From positions 664,827-728,826 of the forward strand of contig BDGG01000006.1 in NCBI GenBank assembly GCA_001949185.1: a stretch of 64,000 nucleotides of DNA, written 5' to 3'. Both the position numbers and the translations under genes were made by a program. Positions 37,462-50,790 of this stretch are shown here, in pieces; positions within the stretch are counted from its first letter, which is position 1; the number at the start of each line of letters is the position of its first letter. Under the pieces are notes generated by a model. The model saw only the letters and a list, made by a program, of their open reading frames with translations, was not told the origin of the DNA and made no database searches. Source of the stretch: Ramazzottius varieornatus (Eukaryota; Animalia; Tardigrada).

Positions 37462-39764
37462 TTATGAATTAGTGCATGGCTGTTTGCGTCAATTAGCAAA
37501 CCATGCAGAAGATTATACGTCTCACCGACGAGTTTCTCTTTGTACGATTCACAGTAGTTCCCCCAAATCGATAAAGTCCAGCCGAATGAAATTAACTCTG
37601 CTCGAGAATAGCCGTACTTTTTTGCGTTTTTTGCGCCTTCACTGCCTCCTGAAACTGTTGGCATGAATGTCGACTTATGTTACCTGGAGAGAACCAACAA
37701 CTGCTTCGCATTTACGCATATGACACTCAGGATAAGAAAAAAGTTGAGCGGCGGCTTCTAACCGCATCATCAAGCGTCGCATTTGGCTAGGTTTTAAATG
37801 ACTGGCACTTTTTTCTTCTTTTTCTGCCAGCTGTCATCCATGCGAGGGTGACGTGCCTGCAGTTCAACAAGCTTGCGTCGAAGATCCTGAACCTCAGAGC
37901 TTGGTAAGTCCCCGATACGTGTTGACGCATGAAAATACACATAGAAGTGCCAGAAAGATGAAACAGATTGGTGGCGGAAAACTTTCCCCAGTTGTTATGA
38001 CCAAAAATAAACATCCCTCCATGTACCGGGTTGACTTGGAAAATGAGAATTGTACATCATCCCGATACTTCCCAGCCTCTCCTGCCTTTTCGCATATGAG
38101 GATGAAGAACATTAGACCTTTGCCACCCTCCAGTGAAGTTGGTGCAGTACTTTTGTAACAGAGGAAATCCGGAAGCGACCGCGCCAGTGGCGCTATCTTC
38201 GGCTGTCTCGTTACTTCCGGCATACCCAACAGATGCACGCGCAACTGTCGTAAATGCGCAGACTCCTTGATTGTCATTTATAGACCCAGCAGGGTGGACC
38301 GTATTGCCCCAGAACATGTGCCGAAGCTCATTTTGACATGAGGGAAAGTAATGGAATGGTTTCGGTACCAGCTCGAAACGCCCCAATCAAAGGCCGAATT
38401 CATAAACTGGACGAAAATTAGGAACCAACTAATCGGAGGCAGACACGATGTTAGGACCAGAAAAAAATAGTTGGTCCCAGTCACGCCACACTCATGAGCA
38501 GATGAAAGGCACGAAAATAAAGGTCCCGTTTCTTAGTGTTCCGCAAGGAATGCGTTTATGAGTTCCAGATCATTCCTTCTACTGGATAGAAGGCTTAAAA
38601 GCCAATCAAAGTAACGCCGGGTTCGTCGCGGTGACGAAACATTCGACTTGCTCGAACGAGTGGCCGAAGTTGACGAAGATCCCTCGAACGAGCTCGAAAA
38701 ATCACTATAAACGTATAAAGTTACTATAGAGTCCAAAAAAACGAACGAAGGAAACATGGAGTTGCAAAAGCAGCAACGATGGGCGTGGCGGAAGGAGACC
38801 TCAGTGCGCATCCGAAGCGGCAGAAGCCTAGCTATTTCTAGTTTAATGCTCCCAATGGCTCATTTGTAAGACAGTTGGTCAATAGTAAGTTGAGAATAAC
38901 TACGAATGGTTCTTATATAAGGCGTTTTTCAGAAGAGAATGAAGGTGTGATATCTAATCTTGTCGTCAGCAACGAGGTGTGTTTTCCGGGTAAAACACTG
39001 ACGGAATTCCACGTTTTTAGCTCTGGATAATTTAACTTGTGCTGTGTCAGCTAAAGATGTCCGAATATTTAGTGTGCACCCACCTTGGTGACGGATCCTT
39101 GAGAGAAAGCGGCTATGTGCATGAGTTATTACGTTTTTCCACGAGTAATCTACGGAAAGTAACTGTGAGGTGCATGTTGGCTTTATTCATACCGCTTTAC
39201 ATAAATTCGGCTGAAACCAGAACAGGCGCAAAACTCCATTGTCGGTGTAGGAAACTTTCTGTTACGTACAAAGGCACATCTGAATTTGGGTTACTGTGAG
39301 AAACAGATCACAGATATGTCAGAAACGAATATCGATTAAACATTTCTTTCAGTGCGCCAGGCGACACGGGAACTGGGATGCCAAAGAAGTAAACTCAAGA
39401 TGTACGATTACCTCTAAGGTTTCGCGCAGTTCGTGACAGGCCAGTAAATATTGCGTGGCGGGGATAAAAAACTTCACTGCCATCAATCAAAAATTCCTGG
39501 CCAATCAAGCGCAGCAATGTGCCACAATCAAACAATCAGTGATATGAGACCCCGGGTGTAATTCCCTGATCTGTCACGTGACTGCGCGAAACCTTAGAGG
39601 TAATACAGTACATACTGCGAGTCTGCGAGGTCCTCGAAGCAGGTCCAGGCTACTCTTCAGAACTGAAAGCATTTCAAAAGCGTCGAAATCGGACGGACCG
39701 ATCCGAATCATTTATGTACAAATCAAAAGCCAACTGGAGTCGTCATCGTTTTTGATGAAAGCGT

Positions 39765-40935
39765 TCAGTCGACATCGGCAAAGTTTTCGATGTAGGGACT
39801 GCAGCTGACGTCGAACGTCAGTGCGCGTTCGTTGGTGAGTCGTTCCAGTTGAAAGTGAGTCTGTCTACTGAGCGGGTTCTTCTGAAGGTTAATCTGCTTC
39901 AGACTGCGTGAAGCGGACTTTAAATCCGCCGTGTCCACTTCTGTAAAAACACATGGCACAATATGTCATAACAAGTTGTCACTGATGGTCAAGTACTGCG
40001 ATTATCCAAGCTACTGGTCACTCTCTGTCGCGATCGTGTGCGTAGGTGTGTTGTGCTACATTTTGGAGAATCAGTTGAACAAACCTGTTATCTCGTTCTC
40101 TTGAGCAAGAACCACTTGGATTTTTGGCATGTGAATGACGACATGCGGAAAGTCGGTGAAGCGGTTGGCGCTAATGTCCAGAATGCGAAGGTCGCCTATG
40201 CGGCTGACTTCGTCCGGCAGTGAAGTCAGACGGTTGCTCCTCAAATTCAACACTGGAAAAAACCACATCATGCATGGAACGGAAGCAGTGATTCATCGTC
40301 ACGCGGAATAAACAAGGGTATCTTATTTTTAGCCATGCAACGAAACCATGTCATCAGTTTCCAAAGACAAACAAGCCTACGCAGATGCTTCCTGATGAGT
40401 CTGTCATATGACGGAAATTGGAGAAACGGCTGAAGAACGTACCGGTCAGTGCGTTGAAGTTGAAGAAGAACTTTGGAGGGATCTTGGTGATTTGGTTCTG
40501 TTCGAGCATGCAGGAGAGTAGGCGCGTGTTGCGAAGCAGGAAGTACACCGCGTCGGGGAAGGACTTTAGCGTGCACGCCGATAAGTCTGTCAAAATCAAC
40601 AAACCGGTTTCAGATATAAGGAAGCTCTTTCAAGTACCGCTAATGATAAGGTTTGATCGCGAGACAATGGATATCTGACTCGAACTCGAAAACCCCAACA
40701 ATACACCACGTGCTTCCAAAATGTGACAATATCACTGATAATACAGTCATTGAACGACGGGATTGTATTCCCCAGTGGCGAACATGACCACTGGTATTGG
40801 CTAGAGACATGCGCCACTTGGGAAAATGGGCCCGGTTAAGTTTCTTTCCGTCGGTCACTCACCCAGGTTTTGTGACCGTTGTCCTTCATGGCATCGACGA
40901 ACGACCCGGGTAACAGCAACTCCAGCGGCGGCCAT
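39765..40935 (-). CDS. LRRC20: Leucine-rich repeat-containing protein 20, 4 exons
   Basis: MAAAGVAVTRVVRRCHEGQRSQNL|DLSACTLKSFPDAVYFLLRNT...NQITKIPPKF; LNLRSNRLTSLPDEV; LDISANRFTDFP; INLQKNPL. Confidence 0.85.
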
Positions 40936-42418
40936 CCTTCTTTTGTCCCAAGGAAGAATGAACCCGTGTCCTTCGTAGTCTCGGCTTTTCAGGGCCAGTT
41001 GGGCTCTGGGGTTATCCGTAATACAGCCTCAATCACCGACAGTCTTCGTAACCGGCGCAACGATCAAGCAACAATCAGAACAAAACTAGACTTCCAAATG
41101 AATCTTTTCGAGAGCAGTAACAAGACTGTGATTAACCAACGAGTTTACGTCCGTACGGAACTTTACAAAATGCAGAGAGTGGAGACCAGCGAGCTCTTGA
41201 GCGGAAACTGAATGTGTGATCTGTGATGTGGTTCGTTTGTGATAATTCGCGCTGGCTTTTATCAAAGTAGCGAGCGCCAACAAAACTTAGTCAGCTGTCT
41301 TGCTTCTACGTTTGTACGGCAAGTACGAGTGGCGGACGGAATGTGAAGCTTTGCACGATAAGACTTGCTAATGAAAACACCAACACACGCGCTGCAGTTT
41401 GCATCATGTAAGTACGCAGCACAGAAGAAAGAAAAACCCACCCAATGTAACCGAAAGTTTCCTCGCCACTGAAGCATCGATTGCTGCGCAGCTTTTCGAT
41501 GATGTAATTGAATTCTACCACGCTCCAGCGGATAGGGTCGAAACCCTAAGATCCTCTTAGAAAATCGAAGGAGACTCTCTGCCTCTGGACACGGATGAAG
41601 TTACGTAATGGAATTTCTGGAGATTGTCTTGGAACTCGGAACCAGAAATTGAGCTTAACAAGAAAGTTTTGTCTCTTCAATCAAGAAATCAAACGCATGA
41701 CAGACCAGATGTATTTCTGCTACAGTATGTTTCCTCGTCCGTCAAGTTCATGATGTTTACCCGAGAGTGTTTGTATCTAGGAAGGAAGGCGCCCGAAGGT
41801 CGCTAAGCTGGGACCAAAATACCCTTCTCGGCAAACATTTCCGTGCATCGTCGACAGAAAGTTGCTCTTGAAAATCTTTCTCGGAAACTCAGTCCGCCGC
41901 GCGTGCCCACGACGCGCGCGTGACTTTGTTGCTTTTCAAATTCAGGTTGGTTATTTTCGGGTACTTCGCGATCTGAATGAGCAACTCTACGATCAGGCAT
42001 GGGATTCATCACATGCCCGACACATGCAGCCGCTTTGACAAGTTCTCAATCCATCCGCCACCACAAAGAAACACCAACCAGAGCAGTTACCGCTTCTCAC
42101 TCCAAGAAAGGTTACTGCAAAAATCGCAGCGCTAACGAACTTCGAGCTCGTCGTGAATTTTCACCAGAAAGAGAAACTGGTTGAATATCTGGTAAAACCA
42201 AACCTGTACGGGAGCTCGGCAAAAAAACTTAGCAAGACTGTTGTCGTAAGTGGCGCACGCTTTCGAACCTCCTGGCCGGAAGCGCGCGCCACTTGAAAAA
42301 TATGTCTTGTTGAGTTCGTTTTTCCACATTTCGTTCTATCAAGTAATAACAGGAGAAAACCATCTGTGCGCTCTATTGGAGATCCATGTTCCGTATCGAT
42401 AAAAGCCACAAGAAGACA

Positions 42419-45400
42419 TCAACATCGCTCAAAGACGCGATAAAGATTAGGAAGGTCGGCCAGCTGTACAAACGTGCGCCCACTTCGTAATGACTTACTG
42501 GGCAGCAGCATGGTGCGCAAGGCCGGAAAGACAACATGTTCCACATTCCACTTCCAGGCCGTATCTTCTTTGTTCGCTTCCGTCCCGGCGTCCGTCTTGA
42601 AACTGAAGAACTGCGCGGTGATGCGGGCGAAGGAATCGAAACAGGCCTGCTCTTCCGTCCAGTCCACTTCAGTCACCAAACGAGCGACGTAGACCGGCAG
42701 GTAGGACATGAGAGGAACGTAGTTGGCTAGTAAGAGCGGCAAACTGACCAACTGCTTCTCCTGAAATACAAGAAAAACATAAATCCAGAAGAAACGCAGG
42801 AGAGAAAAACTTGTAACAATAGACCGAAAATAAAAGAAAAATTGAATAATCGTACTAGGTCGGAAAATGAGTTCAGTGGTCTATCTTACTTCGTTGATAA
42901 CCACAGAGAAATATTCGGCCATCATATTTCTATTTCCCGTCAGCGTATCTACTGCTTTTCTCGAAATCATTTCGCGTTCTTCGGGGTCGTCGATCACGTT
43001 ATCAGTGAGGGGAAATTCCATCGCCAAGTCCATCAGAGCGGGCAGGTCTAGCGGCTCTGACAGTTTCAGCTGGCCGAAATTCCCGAAATCGTACAAGATT
43101 ATTTGGTAAAACAAATCCTCCCTAAAAACGCGTGAATGGATCCATAGACCGTTGACAACGACCGCAAGCGCGAGCTCGGCAAACATACTCGACAAGGCCT
43201 TTTTCGCGTTTTTCGCGTTCGACAAGGCCGGGTGGCGCATGATCTCAGTGACTAAGGCGTGCGCCACTTTGAGAAACCAATCTGGTCGAATTTGTTTTCC
43301 CAAGTGGCGCACGATGCGAGTCTTATTGGCTGGGAGCGTCCGTCACTTGGAAGTGCGATGTGATCAAGTTTATTTGCCGAGCTCACAAATACGGGCTAAG
43401 AAGCTTACGTTAGTTTTGGGACATCAACAGCATATAGTCTCGTCTGGTGTTGGATCAGCGCGATATCCACATTCGCGCAACCCACGAATTTATGCTCGTA
43501 GATCATGGCTCTGAGTTCCTCATCCAACTCATCTTCCACAACCTGCCTTAGCCTCAACAAACTGGTGAAACTCATTGGTCGAGGCAGCTTTCGACTTCTC
43601 GACGTCAAGGTCGAAGCCGCTACCGAAACTTCAGTCCTACTATCCTCGCCCTCCACTTCCGTTTCAGCCTCCAGGTTCGACCTATCTACAGAAACATTCG
43701 GACGAAGGAAGGAGTCCAGCGTCTGTGCACGGCTGTCTGTCCTCACGAACTTTCTCGGGTCGACTTTCTTCGTTGAAGTCACCTTTGGCTCTGCCTGGAA
43801 TAACTTAAGATTGTAAAATAAATTAGTACAGCGGCAGCCCGGCAGACGATGTGCACAAGATTGTTACTCAGGTGGCGCACACTACCAGCTAGCACGCTGA
43901 AGCCGTGCGCCACTTGGGACATCGATCCCAAGTGGCGCACTCTTCCACTCAACAACAATGGGGCTGTGCGCTACTTGAGGTGACGTTCTTGTACGCTACG
44001 TTTGCCGGGCGGCCCAATAACGGAAAACAATAAACAAAATATTCTCTCACGTAATTTCACATGAACAGACTCACGTGTATGGTCGGTGGTGGCTGGAGGT
44101 GGCTGGGGTCTGTTTGGGTCGGGACTTGGGATAGCATGGAATAGTCGAAGTCGACAGCGGAGGAGCCTTGGGAGAGTGAGCGGGAGAGCGAGGTCTGCAC
44201 CATGAAGGTTCGCGATTCTTGAGAAGTCAGGATGCGTTGTTCGATGGTTTCGTAGATGAAGGCGATGATTTCTTCTTCGAACCGGAAACGAACTTCAGCT
44301 TTGGTCGGGTGGACGTTCACGTCGATCAAACCTGGCGGAAGTTCCAAACTGAAATAATTCCCCAATCAGTGTACACGAAAGTTGAAAGCGGAATGTTGAA
44401 CGCTGTGCCTACCTAAGGTATACGAAAGGGAAGCTGTGCTTGGGAAGGTGGACAGCGTAGAGGAGCTCGACACATTTCTTCAGTTTACTGCAGTCTACAG
44501 CCCTGCCTGCAAAAAGGAATAGTCAGAAGCTCGGCACACTAAGTCGCCTCGAGTGTTTTCTCAAGTGGCGCACCCTTTCAGCCACTGACACTGAGAAGGT
44601 GCGCCACTTGGCAAAAGACAGCGGACCAGATTTTTTTAAGTGGTGCACGCTTCCGCTGTCATGCGCTAAAAGCTTGCGCCACTTGGGAATACTATCTTGT
44701 CGAGTTTTTTCCTTCAGCCACCAATCGAAACACAGTATATTATTTTGTTAGGTGAAACCACGGCTGGGCTTTGTACTGGTCATTTGTAAAGTTTACCGTT
44801 TATGAACAGGAGGAATGTGTATTTCTTCAGAGAGAAGTTGGCGTTGGTGACGTAGCCTTGAACTTGACACTGGTACTTCTCATTCAGACCTTCGATGGAC
44901 AGGAGTTCTCTGGGGAAAATATTACTTTTTCTACAAGACGGTTCTCGGTGATTCATGGGAAGATGGGGAAGCTAGCCATACCTGGCTACTGAGTTGCCGA
45001 AGAATATCTTGCAGTTATCCAACGTGGTCGACTTGCTGGGAGTGCGGATATCCGCCACATGTTCGCCGTGCTTCTTCAAGGAAAAGCCGACGTGGGCGAA
45101 CCTCATGGCGTACTTCGTCACCACTTCCTGAATGCGAATGTATTCTTCACTGGGAGCGTTCAGAATCATTCGACGAGTAGGGTTGTTGTAGAAGAAATCA
45201 TCAACCTGCCAAACTTCCACATGAAGTGAAAGATCAGTGCCAGTGTGTCACAGAACTTTAAACTCTAGAAATGGAGAACGGACTGTTGTGACGTCATCGC
45301 GGCCAGGTGGCAAGCATAGCCGCCGTGACGTCATGAGATCGTTTCAAAATCGATCAGCTGATCACAACAAGCCAAAGTTTATTGATTGACCATTATCGAT

Positions 45401-46070
45401 TGATTGAGCCAGTCTTCGACCGGAAGCATATTCTTCGATTCTTTTACGGGACATCACCTGAAAACAATCGACTTACCATGATTATTGTCCCCATGTTTCC
45501 AGCACAAGGTTTCTCCGGACCTAGCGGTCTTCCCAATCCATATTCCATCTGGAAAGCGCAGACAGAGTCAGCTGTCCGCGCGATGATCTTGACGCGAGCG
45601 ATATAGCTGATGCTGGCTAGAGCTTCGCCTCGAAAGCCAAAGGTCGTTAACGATGTCAAGTCTTCGAAATGATCGATCTTGCTGGTCGTGAATCTCTCAC
45701 ATACGATTCCCAAATCTTCTTTCTGTAAAACACACTCGCTTCAAATTCCAACAAGGAGGTCAACAGAGAAGAAAGTCAAAACTCACTTTGATACCACAAC
45801 CATTGTCTTGAATTTGTATCATTCCCAAACCACCATTCTTCACCGTGATGCTGATTTCCGTCGCTCCAGCATCTAGACTGGAGAAGAAGAGTATAGTGTA
45901 AATTCCAAGGAAAAGAGAGACATATCTACAGACCTGTTTTCCAGCATCTCCTTCACAGCGTTGGCCGGTCGGACGATAATTTCTCCAGCTGCAATCTTGT
46001 TGACTACCGTTTCGTCCAGCTTGTGAATGCGTTTCCCAGTGAAGGACGGAGTACCGTTTACTGCTGCCAT
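42419..46070 (-). CDS. MLH1: DNA mismatch repair protein MLH1, multi-exon
   Basis: [85 protein letters not shown] and C-terminal LYRVFERC. Confidence 0.97.
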
Positions 46071-46342
46071 TTGCCTGACTGTAGACTTTATATCGAACGA
46101 ATTCTTCTGAGGAGAGAAACAGCCAGGAAGATCCTCGGAAAAATGAAAAAAGCAGGAAAAGAATTTGTCTGTTTGGACAATCAACAATCAATAGAAACTG
46201 AGCGTGTAAGAAAACTCCATAGAACTGCGTTGAATTACGTCATAGCGTAGCGTTAGAATTACAGAAGGCCCACTTGTTTTGCCGAACCTGGACCATATGT
46301 CTTATTCTTCCGCGCATTTCCATCAAGAAACGGACTAGAGTT

Positions 46343-48756
46343 CTACCGCGGATCTCCATCGAGCAGCCACCAGCTGAGATTCGCTGACTTCGACCTGTTT
46401 CCAAACAGTGGAATCAGTCGCCACATCGATCCGAAAAACAGATCAAAGTGGAAATGGCACGCGCACGAGGGTCCATACCTTCGAGATACGCAGCTCCAGA
46501 TGATCAACCCGCACAAAATTACTCCGACAACTGTACCCGCTGCTGCACCGATTGTCTGACGAGTTTCTGCATGAAAAAATGTGCAGGTTTGAAGTCACCA
46601 TCTTTTCCCTCATCTTACTCAGAATCCTAAACCTACGGTCGTGCGAATCATTGTCGGAACAGAAGTCTTGCAGAAAACCGCAGACTGGAATATTGGGCGG
46701 AGGAAACCTTCGGCCGTGCCACTGGCCGTACAGCTCCGAAGATACCGGTGATATCTTTTTCTGGAGGGCATCATACTTCCCCGCTGGCTAGAGTTCAGAA
46801 ACAAGAGGATGCAGATCGAAGTACTTTCGCCTTCGAGCGTAAGACGTTCGTTCATATCCATAAGAGGTTATGCTTTGTTATACCTCGAATTGTCTGCTGC
46901 GGTCATTAAAACGCAAGAAGATGGTACTGACTAATCGATACGCATCAGGTCCTATGTCGACACGGCGTGTGTCCAGATCAAATGTTTTGTTGAGGATTGC
47001 GTTCCGTAATGTCTTTCCCGTCACGTTGGCGTAATTTACGTCCAGGTCGGATGTCAAGTCGTGCAGTACCTGTAATCTGTGATCATCAAAGACCTGAACA
47101 CAAATAAAAGTAACCTTCTACGAAACAGACTTTAGATTTCACCAGTGGCAACCAATGAAGTTGTTTACTTGAAAAAAGGAAGCCACCGCTTCGTATGCCG
47201 ACAGAGAGTCGTCGTTCGTCTGGAAGAAACAATCGCAGCAATATCACATCTGACGGAGATTCTCTTCTGGTATTTCCCGATGACAGTAATCTATTATCCA
47301 CCTTTTCGTCTTCTCGATATGTGTAATTGTAAGCGGCCTCAGCTCGTCGTGCAACAGCAGCAAATACTTGTTCGCTCCTAGACCAATCACTGTAGTCAAA
47401 CTGCAGGACAATCAGCGACTCGAATGCTTTCTCCGCGAACTACAAAAATAAAATATTAGCCTAAGAGGCTCCCACATCGTTCACCCTTCATTTCCGAAAG
47501 ACCGGCAGTGAAGCTTATGGCTATGACAAGGAAAAACGAGGCCACACAGAAGATGATTCTGACAATTTCCATACATGGTCGAAGGGCTCATTGGTCGTGT
47601 CTAAAAGGTCCACATACAACGGAAGTCGGTTCGGCTGCGGGAATAGGAAAACCTGAAAGACAAAGGAAACGTATCGGTGAGAAAAATGAAATGAAATGAA
47701 TAAAATAAAATAAGATAAAAGGTATGAGTGGAGGAGGAGTAGCAGTCAAAACCACATCAAGCTTACAAATTCACCCCGCGTCATGTTCAAATGGTGGGCG
47801 GCAACCTGGAATTGATCACAACTAGAAAGTGTTAAATCAATCGGCACGAGAAGGTACGCACCATGATTCTGCGTACGATATCCTCGCGAGTTTCCAGTAC
47901 AATTACACGAGATAGTCTCTTCGCGCGTAGGAGCATCCCACTAAAGTCCGGCTTGCGAACCGAGTCGAAGTCCTGGTAAGACACTGTGAAACTTTGTGAA
48001 GTCATGATCAGGCTCTTGATCGACCGGCATGTCAGTCCGAAGAAGGACGCAACGTTGAGATAATTGAACAGATTTTCGCAAAAGACGGTGATGGTCGTCA
48101 GGGAATGCATCTCCAGGAACATTTTCAAGGCCGGAACTTCGGCGCCACGTCCGGTCGGACCGAATGAGATGAAGGTTGGGTACCGTAGTTTGTTCATGAA
48201 AACGACGTCGGCGGAAGTACTTCAACACAGAAACATTGCGCAGCCTCTAAATTGCAGTTTTAGTCAAGCGACCATTTACTCTGAAGGCAAACCTACCTGC
48301 CAATAAGCGTAACATCCATTTCTGAAGGAAAACACACGTTTGAAGATCTACACGTTCAAAGTTGTTGAATGTAAAATCAAATTGCATGCCTTCGGTACGC
48401 AACTGGCAGATCCTTTGTTTTTGATGTTTGGGCGTACCTCGAGCAAAATCGGCCAGTGCCATGACTTCCAAGCTGCATCCCGGGGAAAGAAGGATGGTAA
48501 TGCCGTCCTGGTCTGTGACGAGGTCGAACATTTTCCCCGCCACGTCCAGCATATCGGAGCCAGCCGACGCACAATCTTTGACGTTCTTTTGGTATAAGAC
48601 TCGTCTGGTCGTTCGGGAGTAGAGTTCTGGGTATTTGAGGGCTGCGCGATCGAATGCGATATCGTACATCGGGGCTGTCGCGTAAAATCCATAATTAACA
48701 TCTTCGCCCAATGTGAGGATGACGAAATTAATCTTGAGTAAGCCGAGACCCGACAT
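46343..48756 (-). CDS. ANF-receptor-type single-pass receptor without kinase or cyclase (receptor 3); start uncertain
   Basis: APMYDIAF; LLSPGCSLEVMALADFAR; NKLRYPT; WHGRRFPPPNIPVCGF; TM IGAAAGTVVGVILCGLIIWSCV; last exon RSKSANLSWWLLDGDPR*. Confidence 0.78.
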
Positions 48757-49650
48757 TTGCGAAGCTCCCAGGCTCGAGAACGACTTATCGATACGAAATC
48801 TATGGTATGGGAACCTCCTCAACCTACGTTGTGAACCTGAACGTAAAGATGTAAGTAAGGGAGGATATATACTGTATAGGGTAACACCTTCCCACCAAAC
48901 TGCCTGTTGGCTTGGCTCCTTCAATAACAGTTAATGTATTGACTATTGCGGAAACTGTTGTCTCCTTTTCCCCCCTTTCCTGTTGGATTGGAGTCGCTAA
49001 TAACCTGGACTGCAGGTGTGGGAGGTGTTTCTGTGTGAGTGGACGTCATTTGCGCAGGCGGTTCTTCCTTGATGATTATCTGTAGCCAATGTGGGGGAAG
49101 GGTGGGGCCTTATTGTTTGGTTCCCTATATAGCTCGTGATCACCTAGTCAATCAAGGAGCAAATGTTTCAGGGAGGAGGGTCCCAATCCCGTTAACATTA
49201 ATGCTGTCAACTAATGTGTGTACATGGGTGCGTGCCGCTGATACTCGGTCTCGGTTTGGCTCATGAAAATCCTAGGGCCAGATGAACAAAAAGAGCCTGA
49301 TTACATGTGTTAACTGTGACCTCCGATCAGGCGGACTTATTATAATTTTATGTTGTGTAATCTTATGTTGTGGTCCATTCATGGTAAATTCCATTCATTG
49401 TGTGATCATTCATGAGAAACGACTGTGAGCACAACGGTCATTTAGACTTTCACCACGGGCAGAGCTAGAGTCTTACAAATCTAAGACAAAAACGAGTATG
49501 TCCCAGTACATTCTCTCAAAGCCACTCGGGAGCCTAGGAGAACCCGAAGCGCATCAAGACGGCGTCGAACATCACCTAACAGGTACGTATACTGCATGCG
49601 GCACGAATAGCGATTACGCAGCAAATGAAGAGCCGGTCAGAGAGCACCGT

Positions 49651-50790
49651 TCATTTTTTGATCAGCAACTTCATTCCGGGATGAATAACGCTGGGATCAG
49701 CGATATTGTTATCGCGGGCTATTTTGTTAGTCCACGCCATATTTCTGTCCAATCGCCTACAAGTAATCCCCTGGCTGCGCGGTATACTCCTGTAGGTCGT
49801 TTCCGCTGTCAGGAGCGCTAACAATGACATGTCCACCTCTCGAACCACCTTGGGGCCCCGAGGCGGCACCATGACTTGCTTTCTTGATGGTCAGCTTCAT
49901 TCCGGGATGTATCACAGTAGGGTTCGCAATGTTATTGGACCTGTTTCGCAAGTCACGTTTCGGCTCAGAATAGAAATTTATACTGTGTCAGTTTCTGTGC
50001 GGAAACCGTTTCGCGGTTTGCTTACTTCCGGCACAGAATATCAGCATAAAGGGATATTAGGCCACGCGAGTTCAGCAGGGCATCGGAATTCGCGGGGCCT
50101 GTGTTTAGCCCTCTACTGGATAAAGCCCAGACTTCTTTCGGTTTTTCTGGCGACAGTTTCAGGAAGACAATTATCTCTTCCTAACTTCAATGCTAGTTTC
50201 GGTCGAAAGCATGATGGGATTTCGAGAAGGGACGAGAGCAGAAGTCAAGTGGCGCAATGTGGGAGAGGCGTGTCGCTCGGATCACTTGACGCGCCAAGTC
50301 CAATTCGCTGATTGCTTTGATCACGCTCCGCTCCACCAGAATTTCAAATTTCGACCAAAGTGGTCAATAGTTCAATCAACTCAGCTTGCACAGAATTTCA
50401 AATTCTGTGCAGCGATATTAGGCAAAACATAAGCCGTGGATAACTGCACGGCATAAAACCTATACTTATGCTGTGCAGGCCGAAAACATGACTTGCGAAA
50501 CAGGTCCATTGTCTCCAGCGATCTGATTGAAGTCAACTCTGAACTTCTGCCCAATGGCCCACAGGTAGGCACCAGGTTGAACCGTGTAAGTCATGTTGCC
50601 ACTTCCTCCCTCACTCCGCGTGGCGTAACCTGAAGAACCTGAACTCGAACCAGATGCCGGATCTCCCTTCGTGATAATCAGCTTCATACCTGGATGAATT
50701 ACGCTTGGGTTGGCAATATTATTGTCCCTCGCTATTTTATTATAATCCACACCGAATTTCTTTCCGATCGCCCACAGATAATCCAGAGGT
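49651..50790 (-). pseudogene. Intronless multi-LysM protein (at least 3 LysM domains), disrupted
   Basis: Three repeats of YTVQPGDYLWAIGQKFGVDxNKIARDNNIANPSVIHPGMKLxIKK with Gly/Ser linkers. Domain 2 is split by a TIR element; domain 3 has TGG>TAG and a frameshift. Confidence 0.88.
49937..50507. mobile_element. Harbinger-type (Tourist-like) MITE inserted in LysM domain 2
   Basis: TIR GGACCTGTTTCGCAAGTCA / TGACTTGCGAAACAGGTCC with 3-bp TSD ATT. Excision restores IAGDN-NIANP. Confidence 0.92.

Larger units (their letters stand above)
21217..50300. repeat. Dispersed MITE family with CAAGTGGCGCA-N~25-TGCGCCACTTG hairpin cores and GAGCTCGGCAAA-type ends (span covers all copies; not one contiguous element)
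   Basis: Copies at ~21217, 24200, 25290, 25965, 27160, 27900, 29015, 29948, 40770, 42210, 43172, 43835, 44527 and 50246. Clearest complete copy 43172-43385 (GAGCTCGGCAAA...TTTGCCGAGCTC). Confidence 0.85.

Noticed and set aside
37853-38811. Several overlapping 70-130 aa ORFs
   Set aside because: No recognisable motif or consistent splice pattern.
49651-50790. Bacterial contaminant contig
   Set aside because: Contains host-family MITEs and is contiguous with spliced animal genes, with no gap nearby.
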